Of a DNA stretch of 64,000 nucleotides, positions 63,335-64,000 are shown in pieces; the first letter of the stretch is position 1, and each line of letters opens with the position of its first letter. The notes under the pieces were generated by a model. It worked only from the letters and a program-made list of their open reading frames with translations, had not been told where the DNA came from and made no database searches. A program made the translations under genes and the position numbers. The stretch is from Haliotis rufescens. Lineage: Eukaryota. Where the stretch lies: the NCBI RefSeq assembly GCF_023055435.1, contig NW_025963780.1, forward strand, positions 17,856,001 to 17,920,000, written 5' to 3'.

Positions 63335-63569
63335 CTGAAGGTTACCCGGGTCGGGTGGGTCCACAGAATAACACGGGCCCATTAACAACAAAACTCCAAA
63401 AGTTGCATGTCCCATGCATTTACGCTCAATTCATTTGATTCTATATATTTTTAAGGGAAGTCTTACCCAATCGCTGAATCGGACAATTTTTACCCAACCT
63501 CAGGCCTACCCAGGTAGGATAGGGTAATTTAGGGTACCGGGTCGTAAATTTGGACTCGTCGCAGCCCTA
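63335..63569. mobile_element. hAT-like DNA transposon end fragment; a related end appears to start at ~63926
   Basis: Clustered ACCCGG/ACCCA/GGGT subterminal motifs ending ...GCAGCCCTA; AGGGCTG at ~63926 followed by ACCC motifs. Confidence 0.35.
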
Positions 63570-64000
63570 CTGCCTGTTATGGAAAGCGACATGCATATTA
63601 TCAGCTGATTATTTGATTAGTTAATAGGCAATAATGACAGTATTGTTTACAGTAAATTACACATGATAGTATTTAGTTTCATAAAATGCATTTATAAATA
63701 TTTTTTATATAGAAGAAGAAGAAGAAAATTGTTTATTTTTGTCTCACCCATGGTCACAAAATACATAACACCACAAGATAAAACATGGCCACCCATTCAG
63801 GGTTATGAGAGACAATTAACATAAAAACAGTATTTATATTTATAACTGACTCTCTCACTCTATTACTACTCTTGCTGGATTTAGTGAGGCAATACAATGT
63901 TGTTTGTACAGAGAGCTACTGTTCAAGGGCTGGGACACGTTACTTGGGCCAGCTATGTCCTGAATAAGACCCAGGTACCCACAGGACTACCCGGACCCAT

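Overview
Repeat-rich eukaryotic (animal) genomic DNA, probably a marine invertebrate such as a mollusc (inferred from the SINE and DNA-transposon repertoire). Genes: (1) a single-coding-exon, probably GPI-anchored LRR surface protein at 2187-3431(-); (2) two intact 3-exon tandem paralogs of an unrecognised Pro/Lys/Ser-rich, NLS-bearing protein, at 41575-39899(-) (380 aa) and 54180-50484(-) (387 aa), reconstructed here from splice sites. Repeats: about 14 kb of strand-asymmetric purine-rich minisatellites (10.3-24.2 kb), a near-identical 4 x ~3.8 kb tandem array (24.2-39 kb), 25-, 28- and 33-bp satellites, two decayed Tc1-type transposons, an Academ-like non-autonomous element, MULE/hAT-like MITEs and two SINE families. 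The most abundant SINE has no visible tRNA/Pol III head. Its copies start at one fixed point with a predicted pseudoknot plus hairpin, a candidate cis-acting or self-processing RNA. The very long minus-strand Pro/Ser/Leu ORFs are artefacts of the satellites.
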